This document shows, piece by piece, positions 37,519 through 49,598 of a DNA stretch of 64,000 bases (position 1 is its first letter; each line of letters opens with the position of its first letter). Source of the DNA: Octopus bimaculoides (Eukaryota); the NCBI RefSeq assembly GCF_001194135.2, contig NC_068992.1, positions 4,238,939 to 4,302,938 of the forward strand, written 5' to 3'. The position numbers were made by a program, and so were the translations under genes. Under the pieces are notes generated by a model, which worked only from the letters and a program-made list of their open reading frames with translations, was not told the origin of the DNA and did not search any database.

Positions 37519-38149
37519 AAAAGTTTTTGCCCCTTTATCAGCACCCATCTAACTAACCAATTAATCATCCATGAACTCATTGCTTAAATAGCCACTACAT
37601 ATAGCAGAGTAACGTTAGGACATTACATGCCGCCAGAGAAATATAATATTCGGACATCTTCTTTGGTAACGTACCACAAGGTAACTTGTCAAATCATCAA
37701 ATCATTACATAACGAAAAAAAAAAAACAATCATGGGAGGGGCAATGCCTACCCTGTGCGCAGATAAATGTCTTTGGAAATTATAGTGTGGCTTACAATGT
37801 GTTGCTTACCCATGTTTTTAAATTGAACTGCATAGTTTTTTTTTAACTATTACCACTATAGGTATTAAGAAATCAGGTCGTAAGTAAACGTAACCCTCGA
37901 ATCCATCACTGTACACACACACACATACACGCGCACATATGCACACACAGAGTCGCATATCTAGCTATGTATGTATGTACGCACACATGTCTACGCGCAT
38001 AGGTACACCACGATCTATACACACGCAGACGAGGGCTGATCCATATGAAAAAGAAAGTGAACAAAATAGTATCGGGAAATTTGTAAGTTCGATTTTTGAG
38101 ACAAGGTTATTTTTTTTCCTTCTAAAGGTAACCAAACCAAATGTTTATC

Positions 38150-38290
38150 ATTTCAAGCCACTCACCCAATGAGTATTTCTGCCAAATGCGGTGAAAATTT
38201 GTACAGCCGTTTTCCAGTAATTTTACAAACTCACAGACAAATAGGCGAACACGAGTGATTACAAGGCTCTGCGTTCGCTTACACACACAG
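38150..38290 (+). mobile_element. Possible Helentron-associated (HINE/DINE-1-like) 3' remnant
   Basis: CCAAATGCGGTGAAAATTTGTACAGCCGTTTTCCAGTAATT..ACAGACAAATAGGCGAACACGAGTGATTACA resembles the 3' region of such elements; recalled similarity only. Confidence 0.3.
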
Positions 38291-39098
38291 GGTAAGGAAG
38301 CACCATGTAAGTCTTCATTTGGCAATGTTTATCTTTAGGCAAACATGAAGAAAATTGTTTGAAAATTAAAACAATTCTTAGACACCTTTCGCGTGCTAAA
38401 CATGTACTAAATTGCTGAAGATGTTGAAAGATAGAAATCATTAATTCTCTGTAGACGTTTATATCCCAATCAACACGTATTTTAACTAAGAATTCGTTGG
38501 TGATCTGCTACATTTTCGGCGTAATGGGGTCGACTTTTCATGAAAGATTGGAAACGCATGAACGAAATAAATGCATAAAAGAATGAAGAAAAGAAAAAAG
38601 CAAAATAAAATCATGTGATGAAGTAAAAGTGCACCAACATTTTCTGAGAATGTTTATTTTTCCAACTCAATTCACCAAACTTGCTGATATCGCGAGAAAT
38701 AAGCAAAATGAGTTGCTATGTTTCACCACTACTTTTTCCGACATTACTCGAAGAAATAATTGGTCATTGCCGAAACAGAAATAACAGATTTTATTTCTTG
38801 TTCTCCGTTTTTTGTTTTATTATCGTAATTCTATATTATGGTATAGTTATTTTTTTCTGCTGTTTGAAAACGATTGGAACGTGTAATTTCGCACTACGGC
38901 ACTAGAGATTATTTCTTAAAATATGTTTATTTTTGACGCTAAAGATACGATAAAATTGCTTACCTTAAAGGCTTTAGTAAAAATTATCATTTTAAAATGC
39001 AGAACAGCGCATTTGTTTTGATTTGAAACAATGGTGATGTGAAATAATTACTGTAAAAATTATAAAAGCTGTATTCGAGTTATGTTTGATAATAATTT

Positions 39099-39177
39099 GA
39101 AGGCGCATGGGTTACTGGATGGGGTGTTGCACTCACAATCACGAGATAGTGGTTTCGATTCCCAGACCGGCTGTGCG

Positions 39178-39179
<2 letters not shown>
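39099..39179 (+). mobile_element. SINE family D head
   Basis: GAAGGCGCATGG...CACTCACAATCACGAGATAGTGGTTTCGATTCCCAGACCGGCTGTGCGTT. Confidence 0.75.
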
Positions 39180-39214
<35 letters not shown>

Positions 39215-39224
39215 NNNNNNNNNN

Positions 39225-39263
<39 letters not shown>

Positions 39264-40080
39264 GTATATGCAAACATCTGCATATACAAACACACACACA
39301 CACACACACACACTCGCACAAGCTCACACACATGTATAATAGGCATGAGTCGACTCTTCCCACATTACATTTTGAAGTTTTGAACATGTGAAACTTGTTG
39401 GTAATCACTTAAACACTGAATGAAGCTCTATTCCCATTGATTGCAGTGAGCTAAATATTTGATTACGTTGCAGATTAAAAATGTACATCTGCTATAGTGT
39501 AAGGGAGATTTCTCAATTCAGACCTATGGCCAGCAAGAATGAAATACTTTGTGATACACGGTACCTCTACTGGCTAAAGATTTGAGTCAATAGAATAACG
39601 CCTTCGGACACCTAGATGCTACACAGAAACAGATAATTCTCCTCACAGTAACTAGATGATACCTTTGATTTCCGTTTATGGTATATTAAAAAGTCAGAGT
39701 TACTCCGTAACTGCTAGCATCAGAAGAGTTTCATTCAGAAGTGTGTGCGTGCTAATACCTGAGAATGCAAAGCCTTTTATTCACATCAAGAGCCATCAGA
39801 ACGAATGACCTATGTGTATCAGTTGCCTATGCTTCATGATCTGCAATTATCGACCAATGAGAATCGGTCTACGTAGTTAGTTGCTGACATATGTTTCTTC
39901 ATCGTATGTTGCCCGACAGATCAAACATTTACCTAACGTGCGTTAAACTGAGAGTAACGATAGAGAATAATACCGAAATGATTCGCATATATGAAATGGT
40001 GTTTCTTTCGTAGGTAAAAAAAAAATAAGCGTTACATACACGCGACGCAAATGCTCTCTCTCTTTCTCTCTTTCTGTCTG

Positions 40081-40172
<92 letters not shown>

Positions 40173-41559
40173 CTATTTTTTTACCTAGTCACCCCTTCTG
40201 ACTATCTTTTCCTCCCTCAATTCAACCAGGTATCTCTCTCTAAGTACTTCTTCACCTTTCTCTCTGCCTCTCTCTGTGTTGCAGTGTGTGTGTGCGTGTG
40301 TATGTGTGTGTGTGTGTGTGTGTGTGCGTGTGTGCGTGCGCGCGCGCGTTTGTCTGTGTCTGTGTGTGTATCTAACCTAAAGTTCGCATATGAAGAAACA
40401 TCGCTTGGCGCTGGTACTGTTGAATATAACTATATACATATATGTATACAAACACACATACTTACTCTCATACACACAAATATATAACTCTGTTCATGAA
40501 TAATATGTGTGTTTATTTAGTATCTTCCAACCACACACATGTCAAACGACATCTATGCCAGATGTAACAAGACTTAATATTCTACATTTTAAGCACCAAG
40601 ATAGATAAGAGAAACATACCCACAGATGGCTTGGTACAAAGATTCTCTAATATCATTTTACATTTTAATCTTAACACTTAATTCTTCATTTGAGAAAAGT
40701 TGTTTTACTTTCATCCTCCGTGCGAACTAAGTGATACAATAAGAACGGGATTAAGTTTAAATGTCGTAACAAGTTGTTGATTAAATAACTTAACAGTAAT
40801 ATATCAGTAAGACAAACGGTAACCCGATCGAGCAAAAGAAGGAGCGTCAATGTGGTCATTCATCTATCTCGAAATAGCAGCTAAATATTTCTCAAATTAC
40901 ATCCTGCCTTTTTTAAAAAGCAGGTACTCGTTGAATAATTAGTTCTGGTTATCTGGACGAAGGAAAAATACGGGGTAGTTCTGAATGGAATATTATGAAT
41001 ATAATATAAGACTTTACAGTTAGGGATTGATCTTGGAATAAACAATATGAAGAACAATAACAAAACAACAACAGCAGCAACAATAAAAATCGTAACAACA
41101 GCAATGGTGACTGAATGAGTGAACGAGGGAACTTCTGTCGGGTCAATTAACCTGTCAGAAACAAGTGGCAAATCGTCCTCAAATCACACGCCGCGTACTT
41201 AAATAAGAAAAAACCACATTAAGGTAGAGCAAAATAACTCTAAAAGGGCGAAAAGAAGAACAGTGATGGCTAGAATACCAGATGCGAACTTGGAGCTAAA
41301 CAGCAAAGTAAAGAATAATTGCGCCAAATTTAAAGCCTCTTCCAGGTTACTTCATCTACAAGAAATGGTAATGATTGTTATCGTCCTTAGCGCGGTTAGG
41401 CTTCATATGTCCAATTAAGGCTGACCCGGAGCAATTCAACAATGAGGGCCCACTTAAACATTGTTCTACTATTTTAAACTAAGAGGTTTCTTTTCTTTTT
41501 GAATATTTTCCGCTTGGTCCTCCAGCATCCCCTTCACAGCCTGATCAGAGATCGTAAGC

Positions 41560-41905
41560 AATGTTTCCTCCCTCACCTCCCCTCCTCGTCTTCCTCCACC
41601 ACCATCAGCTCCTCCCTCTCCGCCTCTTCTTCTTCTTCTTCTTCTTCTTCTTCTTCTTCTTCTTCTTTCTCTTTTGTTGTTGTTGTTGTTGTTGTTCTCC
41701 TTCTTCTTCCTCCTCCTCCCCGCCTTCTTTCACTTTCTCCTTTTCCTCCCCTCTTTCTTCCCCACTTCCTCCTTTTCTTCCGTTTCCCCTTCCTTCTCCT
41801 CTTCCTCCTCTTCTTCCTCCTCTTCTTCCTCCTCTTCTTCCTCCTCTTCTTCCTCCTCCTCTCCCTCCTCATCCTCATCCTCCTCATCAACCTCCTCCTC
41901 CTCTT
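41560..41905. repeat. Pyrimidine-rich (CTT)n/(CCT)n/(GTT)n array
   Basis: Directly visible. Confidence 0.95.
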
Positions 41906-42496
41906 CCATACCTAGTAAGTAATATTCTGCTATATAAATGTGAGGGCATGTNNNNNNNNNNNNNNNNNNNNNNNNNNNNNNNNNNNNNNNNNNNNNNNNN
42001 NNNNNNNNNNNNNNNNNNNNNNNNNNNNNNNNNNNNNNNNNNNNNNNNNNNNNNNNNNNNNNNNNNNNNNNNNNNNNNNNNNNNNNNNNNNNNNNNNNNN
42101 NNNNNNNNNNNNNNNNNNNNNNNNNNNNNNNNNNNNNNNNNNNNNNNNNNNNNNNNNNNNNNNNNNNNNNNNNNNNNNNNNNNNNNNNNNNNNNNNNNNN
42201 NNNNNNNNNNNNNNNNNNNNNNNNNNNNNNNNNNNNNNNNNNNNNNNNNNNNNNNNNNNNNNNNNNNNNNNNNNNNNNNNNNNNNNNNNNNNNNNNNNNN
42301 NNNNNNNNNNNNNNNNNNNNNNNNNNNNNNNNNNNNNNNNNNNNNNNNNNNNGGGCAAATTGACACGTTAAAATAATATTAAGTTTTCCAAATATTTTAA
42401 ATTGTCCAACGCCGTTGCCAAGAAGGAAGAATTGTACAAATGTAAACACTATTTTGTAATCTCATTAAAACTATATGAGGGCTGAAAATTTCTGTA

Positions 42497-42557
<61 letters not shown>

Positions 42558-42680
42558 AGTTATTTGATATAAGAAACGCTGCTGTTAGTGCGTAAAACAA
42601 AAGATTATATACATGCATATACATACGTACATGCATAATTACATATATGAATCTATGCATCTACCTATATCTCTATCTAT

Positions 42681-42714
<34 letters not shown>

Positions 42715-43269
42715 GTATGTATGTATATGTATATATATGTGTGTGTGTGTGTATGTGTGTATGAATGTATGGACGTACGTATGTATGTATGTATGTATGT
42801 ATGTATGTGTGTCTGTCTGTCTGTATGTATGTATGTATGTATGTGTGTCTGTCTGTATGTATGTATGTGTGTCTGTCTGTATGTATGTATGTATGTGGAT
42901 GAACAAATGCTGACTGGCACAAATTGTCCTGCAGTGTACGTGCGTACGCAAGATATACAATTATATGCGTATAAGTATACATACGCATATACTTATACAT
43001 GCACACATACTTACATACATACNNNNNNNNNNNNNNNNNNNNNNNNNNNNNNNNNNNNNNNNNNNNNNNNNNNNNNNNNNNNNNNNNNNNNNNNNNNNNN
43101 NNNNNNNNNNNNNNNNNNNNNNNNNNNNNNNNNNNNNNNNNNNNNNNNNNNNNNNNNNNNNNNNNNNNNNNNNNNNNNNNNNNNNNNNNNNNNNNNNNNN
43201 NNNNNNNNNNNNNNNNNNNNNNNNNNNNNNNNNNNNNNNNNNTATTTATGAATGTAGATACATGCATAA

Positions 43270-43315
43270 TGGCGGTGCCCCAGCATGGCCACAGCTTATG
43301 AGCTGAAACTAGTTT
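43270..43315 (+). mobile_element. SINE C-module 3' end
   Basis: ATGGCGGTGCCCCAGCATGGCCACAGC...GCTGAAACTAG. Confidence 0.7.
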
Positions 43316-43322
43316 TAAAAAA

Positions 43323-43362
<40 letters not shown>

Positions 43363-43659
43363 AGACGGATAAGATATTTCAAATATCGCAAGATGAATTA
43401 ATTTCCTCGGGCAAGAGAGAAAAGACTGACGAAATGCATTGTGGCGACTGCGACCAACTCTAAATGAGAAAAAGAGATAATATAGAGAATCATGAATTCT
43501 CTGAACCCGACATTCCATTAAGGAAAGACGTATTTCTGCTTCAATAGGTGTCAACAGCACAGCAGTTGTCTCGTCCTGACTCGAGGAAATGGAATATTTG
43601 CATGTGTATAAAATTGAGTCACACACGCACGCACACACGCGCGCGCACAAACACACGCG

Positions 43660-43706
<47 letters not shown>

Positions 43707-44476
43707 ACACACACACACACACACAGTCTTCAAAGGTGGTTAGCTTGTTATGATACACTTGCTCCTACTATACCAACCAAACACGCCCATTTGCCTTTTT
43801 CCTGTCACTCTTGTTATATGTCCCTCCCAAATCATACCCTAGACATTTCAAACTGTCCTCTGGGTCTAGAATTACTAACCTCTTGAAGAACACTCTTAGA
43901 ACATTTTTCTCCGCCCTCGTATCGTTTGCCAAATAGCCAACGTACAGGTGTTCTAACCCAACAGACACTGCATCAACCAGATCAGTCTGGGAGGGCCTGC
44001 AGATGTCATGAATACTGCCCTACCTCTTTTGAATAGTTCATTAAAAAGAAAAAGGATGCGATAAAAAAAATCTGGAGACCAACAGCGTACGAATAATAAG
44101 ACATAAGACGTCAAACAGCATGATACATAGCTGAATACGGTGGAAGGACAAACCTCACACAACGCCGTTTAAAACCGCAGTTGGAGTGCCACATAGTGAT
44201 ACGCTTTTGCCATTTCTCGTCACGCTATATCTAAAAGGTGTTTTGAGATATATGAGAGCCCTAGATTGCGAAATATATTGGTTTCATATTTTGGCACAAA
44301 GCCAGAGGTTTTGAGTAGGGACTTACATAAACCCTTGTGCTCTACTGAAAGTACATTGAGAACATTCTAACGTCTATTCTGTAATTTTTAAGGTCTGTAC
44401 ATCATATTTTCCACACTCATATACACACATATGCATACATACATACCTACATACATACATACATACATACATACAT

Positions 44477-45005
44477 GATGGCCGTCCACTCGTGACCGAG
44501 GAAGACTATTGCCGACCTTCAGGAACATTGTGCGCTCTAGGACTAACTTATATTTTGCATTTGCGGCTCCGTTGGTGGCTAATGAGCCCTGCTCTTGACA
44601 AGCATACACCACTGCAAATATTGCAGACCAAGCTTTCCCCATTCACTATACGAGCCATGCGCTTTCGCGCAGCTCGCTTAAGTTCTTCATGCTGGATACG
44701 TGCTCTCTCAAATGTGTTGATCCCCTCCTTAACTTGCTTCCTCCTTCCGTGACGATGACAGGCATTGTTCTCACAGTCAGTGTCTTCCATATCACAGGCC
44801 TTTAATGAGGACTTGACACAGTCCTTAAATCGCAGCCTTGGTTTCTGCCAGAATCTCTTTCCATTCACAAGTTCTCCATATAGCATCTGCTTAGGAATCC
44901 TGCTATCCTTCATTCTAATATGGTGTCCAGTCCAACGTAACCGTTGCTTGTGTACCATTGCCTCAATACGCAAGATATCAGCTGTCCTCAGGACCTGTGT
45001 GTCCG
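44477..45005 (-). mobile_element. RTE-clade LINE 3' segment (ORF C-terminus plus 3' UTR)
   Basis: Minus frame DTQVLRTADILRIEAMVHKQRLRWTGHHIRMKDSRIPKQMLYGEL..GKR...KPRLRFKD...CNICSGVCLSRAGLISHQR-stop. RLRW-GH..RM..R-PK..LYGEL and the terminal C2H2-like motif are RTE/BovB hallmarks. Confidence 0.92.
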
Positions 45006-45152
45006 ATTTGCTGCCAATTCAAAGGTTCTCCTGTCTATTATTCGTGACCTCCTTTATGCAGATGAATGTGACTTAGTCACTCATACAGTGGATGACATGC
45101 AAATATTCATGAATTGCATTTCTGCTTCTTGCAAGGCTTTTGGACTTAACAT
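45004..45152 (+). mobile_element. Inverted RTE reverse-transcriptase segment
   Basis: Plus frame RFAANSKVLLSIIRDLLYADECDLVTHTVDDMQIFMNCISASCKAFGLNI, the RT catalytic (Y/F)ADD region, in opposite orientation to the adjoining 3' segment. Confidence 0.9.
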
Positions 45153-45552
45153 ACATACATACATACACACAAAAAGTGACACGTGCACACGTTATGAATT
45201 CTGCCGTAACACTGCCCTCGTCGAGCCATTGAGCGACTATAACCTAACGGGAAAGGTTTCTATGTTGTCTCTTTACCAGTTAAGTTAGAAATCACTTTCA
45301 ATTCAAACACCCTACAGATTATATAAAACATAAGATCCAACGTGAAATACTACCCGTGAAAAATTAAAAAATGATGCGTGGATGGCCACGGCTAAAACAT
45401 ATAGATTATAAGTTTGCTTGATTAGAAATGGTCTAATGCTAATCTCTCATCGAACACAAACATAATTCTACGAACTTCGACATCGCGCTCTTCAATTTAG
45501 CGGGGAGGCCCCGCAATCAGAGGTTAAAAGTGCTAAATTCAACGGCATCGGC

Positions 45553-45678
45553 TAAGAAAATACCTACGCTGAACTATTGAGAAATCTACTGAAACTCTAT
45601 TCAGGTTGCAAGTCCACGTTTATATCTGCAATTATAGGGGCACTGGGGTATGTAACACACTGCCTATGTAACACACTG
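45553..45678 (+). mobile_element. R4/Dong/NeSL-type restriction-like endonuclease domain fragment
   Basis: (K)ENTYAELLRNLLKLYSGCKSTFISAIIGALGYVTHCL resembles the K..KY..L...L...Y....+.P+I+GALG end of RLE domains. Confidence 0.6.
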
Positions 45679-46072
45679 TCCAATATCTATCTATCTATCT
45701 ATCTATCTATATGTATGTATATATGTATGTATGTGTATATATATGTATATATATATATATGACTCTCCCCAGAGACAACAGAATACGTATATATATATAT
45801 ATATANNNNNNNNNNNNNNNNNNNNNNNNNNNNNNNNNNNNNNNNNNNNNNNNNNNNNNNNNNNNNNNNNNNNNNNNNNNNNNNNNNNNNNNNNNNNNNN
45901 NNNNNNNNNNNNNNNNNNNNNNNNNNNNNNNNNNNNNNNNNNNNNNNNNNNNNNNNNNNNNNNNNNNNNNNNNNNNNNNNNNNNNNNNNNNNNNNNNNNN
46001 NNNNNNNNNNNNNNNNNNNNNNNNNNNNNNNNNNNNNNNNNNNNNNNNNNNNNNNNNNNNNNNNNNNNNNNN

Positions 46073-46103
<31 letters not shown>

Positions 46104-47165
46104 GTATATATATGTATGTATATATATATGTATGTATGTGTATGTATGTATGTATGTATGTATGTGATTGGTATGATGGCAAATTGAACGAGCGACCGTA
46201 GTCACGCTGAAAGATAACGGCGCTTGAATTTCACTTGACGACTTTATAAGTGTATAATAGTTACGATGAACACATTTCTTAATCATTTGTGTATGTGTAC
46301 TTAACACACACCAACCGACCAAGCTTGTTTACGTTTCGGATCAAAAACTAATGCAAATGTATACAATAAAACAGACATTTGTGAATAAATGCAGTGAGAA
46401 ATGAATTGAAAAGCAAAAGGTAAAAAAACGAAAGAAAAGGGGCTGGAGGCGATATATAGAAATAAAGAGAAACTCAGAGATGATCAGGGAGCGTGAGAGA
46501 GACAGGGAGGAGAACATATGTAAATAAAGACAGACGAAGATATGTTTGTTTGTTTTTCATTTGTTTGTTTGTTGGTCCATTATACAGGATTTGAGAAAAG
46601 CGTAATGCAATAGACAGATTTCAGCACATATTTAGAGCAGATGTCAATGGAGAGATCGGATTAGGGCATTTAGTACGGTTGATGTGAATTTTCGTAAGTA
46701 TTTAAGAGCGAAATAAATTGAATGTAACGGCAACTTGTCTTCACGTAGATATTCATTTCGTAAAAGCACGAAAAATGAGTAAAAAAAAAAAAAAAAGAAA
46801 TAATAAAGATACCAAAATAAAATGATAAAAAAGTAATAACAGAATGAAAAAAAAAATTGTTTAGAAAGATACAGCCGAAATGTAATTTGCGTTTTACGGG
46901 TAACCGCTGTCACGCTGAGAACGTAGGGTTTCGTAAAAATTTAATATGATACGTAAAACTGCTGAGTTGAGCTTCGTAAAACAGATGATGAATACGGCAG
47001 TATGTTTATATTTTTGACTGGTTCTCCCCACTCGCTCTCGCTTTCTCCCCATGCACACATGTATGCGCGCGCGCGTATGTGTGTGTGTGTGTGTGTATGA
47101 ATGCATGAAGTTGTCAGTGTACATGCACTGTTGTCTGTTCGTGTGTTTGTATGCGTACGTGTATT

Positions 47166-47262
<97 letters not shown>

Positions 47263-47417
47263 ACGATCAGATACGCTAAGTAAGTGCTGTAACGGATTAC
47301 CAGGGGCTCCAAGGTTATAGCCGAGACGGTAGTTATGGAGCCAATTTAAAATTCCGATATAGTGGACAACATATATAGTGGACAATTCCGATAAAGAGGA
47401 CAACATTTTCCCTATTC

Positions 47418-47473
47418 GTTTTCGATGACGGAATATCCCAAACTCTGGGATATCACAGAAACAGCTGTGAGAC
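47418..47473 (+). ncRNA. Hammerhead motif, HHR family 2, core mutated
   Basis: GTTT-TCGATGA-CGGA-ATATCCCA-AACTC-TGGGATAT-CACA-GAAACAGCTGT-G-AGAC. Palindromic ACAGCTGT helix III is intact; core C3U4 and N17 are altered. Confidence 0.55.
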
Positions 47474-48421
47474 TTCGATTTTTTCCAATAATAATAACGT
47501 ATATGTCTCGAGATGTTTGTCTTGCCTTACCGTTTGTTGTCCTCTTTAACAATTATATATNNNNNNNNNNNNNNNNNNNNNNNNNNNNNNNNNNNNNNNN
47601 NNNNNNNNNNNNNNNNNNNNNNNNNNNNNNNNNNNNNNNNNNNNNNNNNNNNNNNNNNNNNNNNNNNNNNNNNNNNNNNNNNNNNNNNNNNNNNNNNNNN
47701 NNNNNNNNNNNNNNNNNNNNNNNNNNNNNNNNNNNNNNNNNNNNNNNNNNNNNNNNNNNNNNNNNNNNNNNNNNNNNNNNNNNNNNNNNNNNNNNNNNNN
47801 NNNNNNNNNNNNNNNNNNNNNNNNNNNNNNNNNNNNNNNNNNNNNNNNNNNNNNNNNNNNNNNNNNNNNNNNNNNNNNNNNNNNNNNNNNNNNNNNNNNN
47901 NNNNNNNNNNNNNNNNNNNNNNNNNNNNNNNNNNNNNNNNNNNNNNNNNNNNNNNNNNNNNNNNNNNNNNNNNNNNNNNNNNNNNNNNNNNNNNNNNNNN
48001 NNNNNNNNNNNNNNNNNNNNNNNNNNNNNNNNNNNNNNNNNNNNNNNNNNNNNNNNNNNNNNNNNNNNNNNNNNNNNNNNNNNNNNNNNNNNNNNNNNNN
48101 NNNNNNNNNNNNNNNNNNNNNNNNNNNNNNNNNNNNNNNNNNNNNNNNNNNNNNNNNNNNNNNNNNNNNNNNNNNNNNNNNNNNNNNNNNNNNNNNNNNN
48201 NNNNNNNNNNNNNNNNNNNNNNNNNNNNNNNNNNNNNNNNNNNNNNNNNNNNNNNNNNNNNNNNNNNNNNNNNNNNNNNNNNNNNNNNNNNNNNNNNNNN
48301 NNNNNNNNNNNNNNNNNNNNNNNNNNNNNNNNNNNNNNNNNNNNNNNNNNNNNNNNNNNNNNNNNNNNNNNNNNNNNNNNNNNNNNNNNNNNNNNNNNNN
48401 NNNNNNNNNNNNNNNNNNNNN

Positions 48422-48476
<55 letters not shown>

Positions 48477-48747
48477 GATTAAAAAAGGGCGAGGATTTTT
48501 AGGGAACACACACAGCCGCACGTTTCCATACTTGCTCACACACGAACATTCGAATGCATAAGTTCAAATGCCTAAGCGCTTAACCGTCCGAAATGTAATT
48601 CCATATTTATTACGTAGAAGAGCGAAGTTCTTAAATATCCTGACTTTTTTCTTGTTGTATTATGGCACATTTTAGATTTATTGGAATGTGTTTCTTTCAA
48701 CACATTCCGAGGAATGTATGTATGTATGTATGTATGTATGTATGTAT

Positions 48748-48935
48748 GTCATTATTCAGTTTATTTCAAGATTTCTTGCCAACAGAGAAAGAACCGGTTT
48801 CTATTTAACTCTCTCTCTCATATCGTCTCTGATGATGGGATATCTCTTATATCCCTGAAACAACTGTAAGACTTCCTCTCTCTCTTTATAAAAGTCCTAG
48901 AAATTACACACTGCCTTGGCTCTGTTGACCCATTT
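48748..48935 (+). mobile_element. Penelope/retrozyme-like repeat remnant (HHR family 2)
   Basis: Contains the hammerhead motif at 48825-48872; downstream CTGCCTT...TGTTG.CC resembles sequence downstream of the 47418 motif. Boundaries are approximate. Confidence 0.5.
48825..48872 (+). ncRNA. Minimal type-I hammerhead ribozyme, HHR family 2
   Basis: GTCT-CTGATGA-T-GGGATAT-CTCTT-ATATCCC-T-GAAAC-AACT-GT-A-AGAC. Helix I GUCU/AGAC, 7-bp helix II, GUA cleavage triplet; helix III ACAACUGU is one change from palindromic ACAGCUGU. Confidence 0.72.
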
Positions 48936-48987
48936 TATATAACACACACATACAGATATATATACATACAGATATATNNNNNNNNNN

Positions 48988-49019
<32 letters not shown>

Positions 49020-49479
49020 AAGAGAGAGAGACAGAGACAGAGAGAGAGAGAAATGTAATCTTCATCTTACACTTTATGTGAAAGTTTTATAAGAACAGAG
49101 AATATTAGGAGGGGGGTGGGAAACTTGGACAGAAATAACCCCCTCCCCTCTCTCTTATATGGTTGCTGCACTGTTACGACACAAATCTGAGGAGCTTAAG
49201 ATGCCTCGGTGTGAAAAGCTTCCTGTTGCTGTTAGATGGTGCCAAGATGGCGATTGGACAAGAATGTTAAGTGTATTATTCATTGGCAGAATGTAAAACG
49301 TGCTGCATGATGCTAATGTCATTATATTACACCACTACCAATTGTACACCATTTCTTTCTTTCCTCAACATATAATATACATCTAAAGAATGACATTCTT
49401 GAGGTAAAAAGTAAGAAGATATTTGCTTCTGAACCATTAATAATTAAGCTTACAACATTGTGTGTATCAGTTTCCGATA

Positions 49480-49598
<119 letters not shown>

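Noticed and set aside
49225-49290. YY1-like CCAAGATGGCG plus CCAAT-like motifs as a promoter
   Set aside because: These are short motifs without a CpG island, downstream exon or other support.
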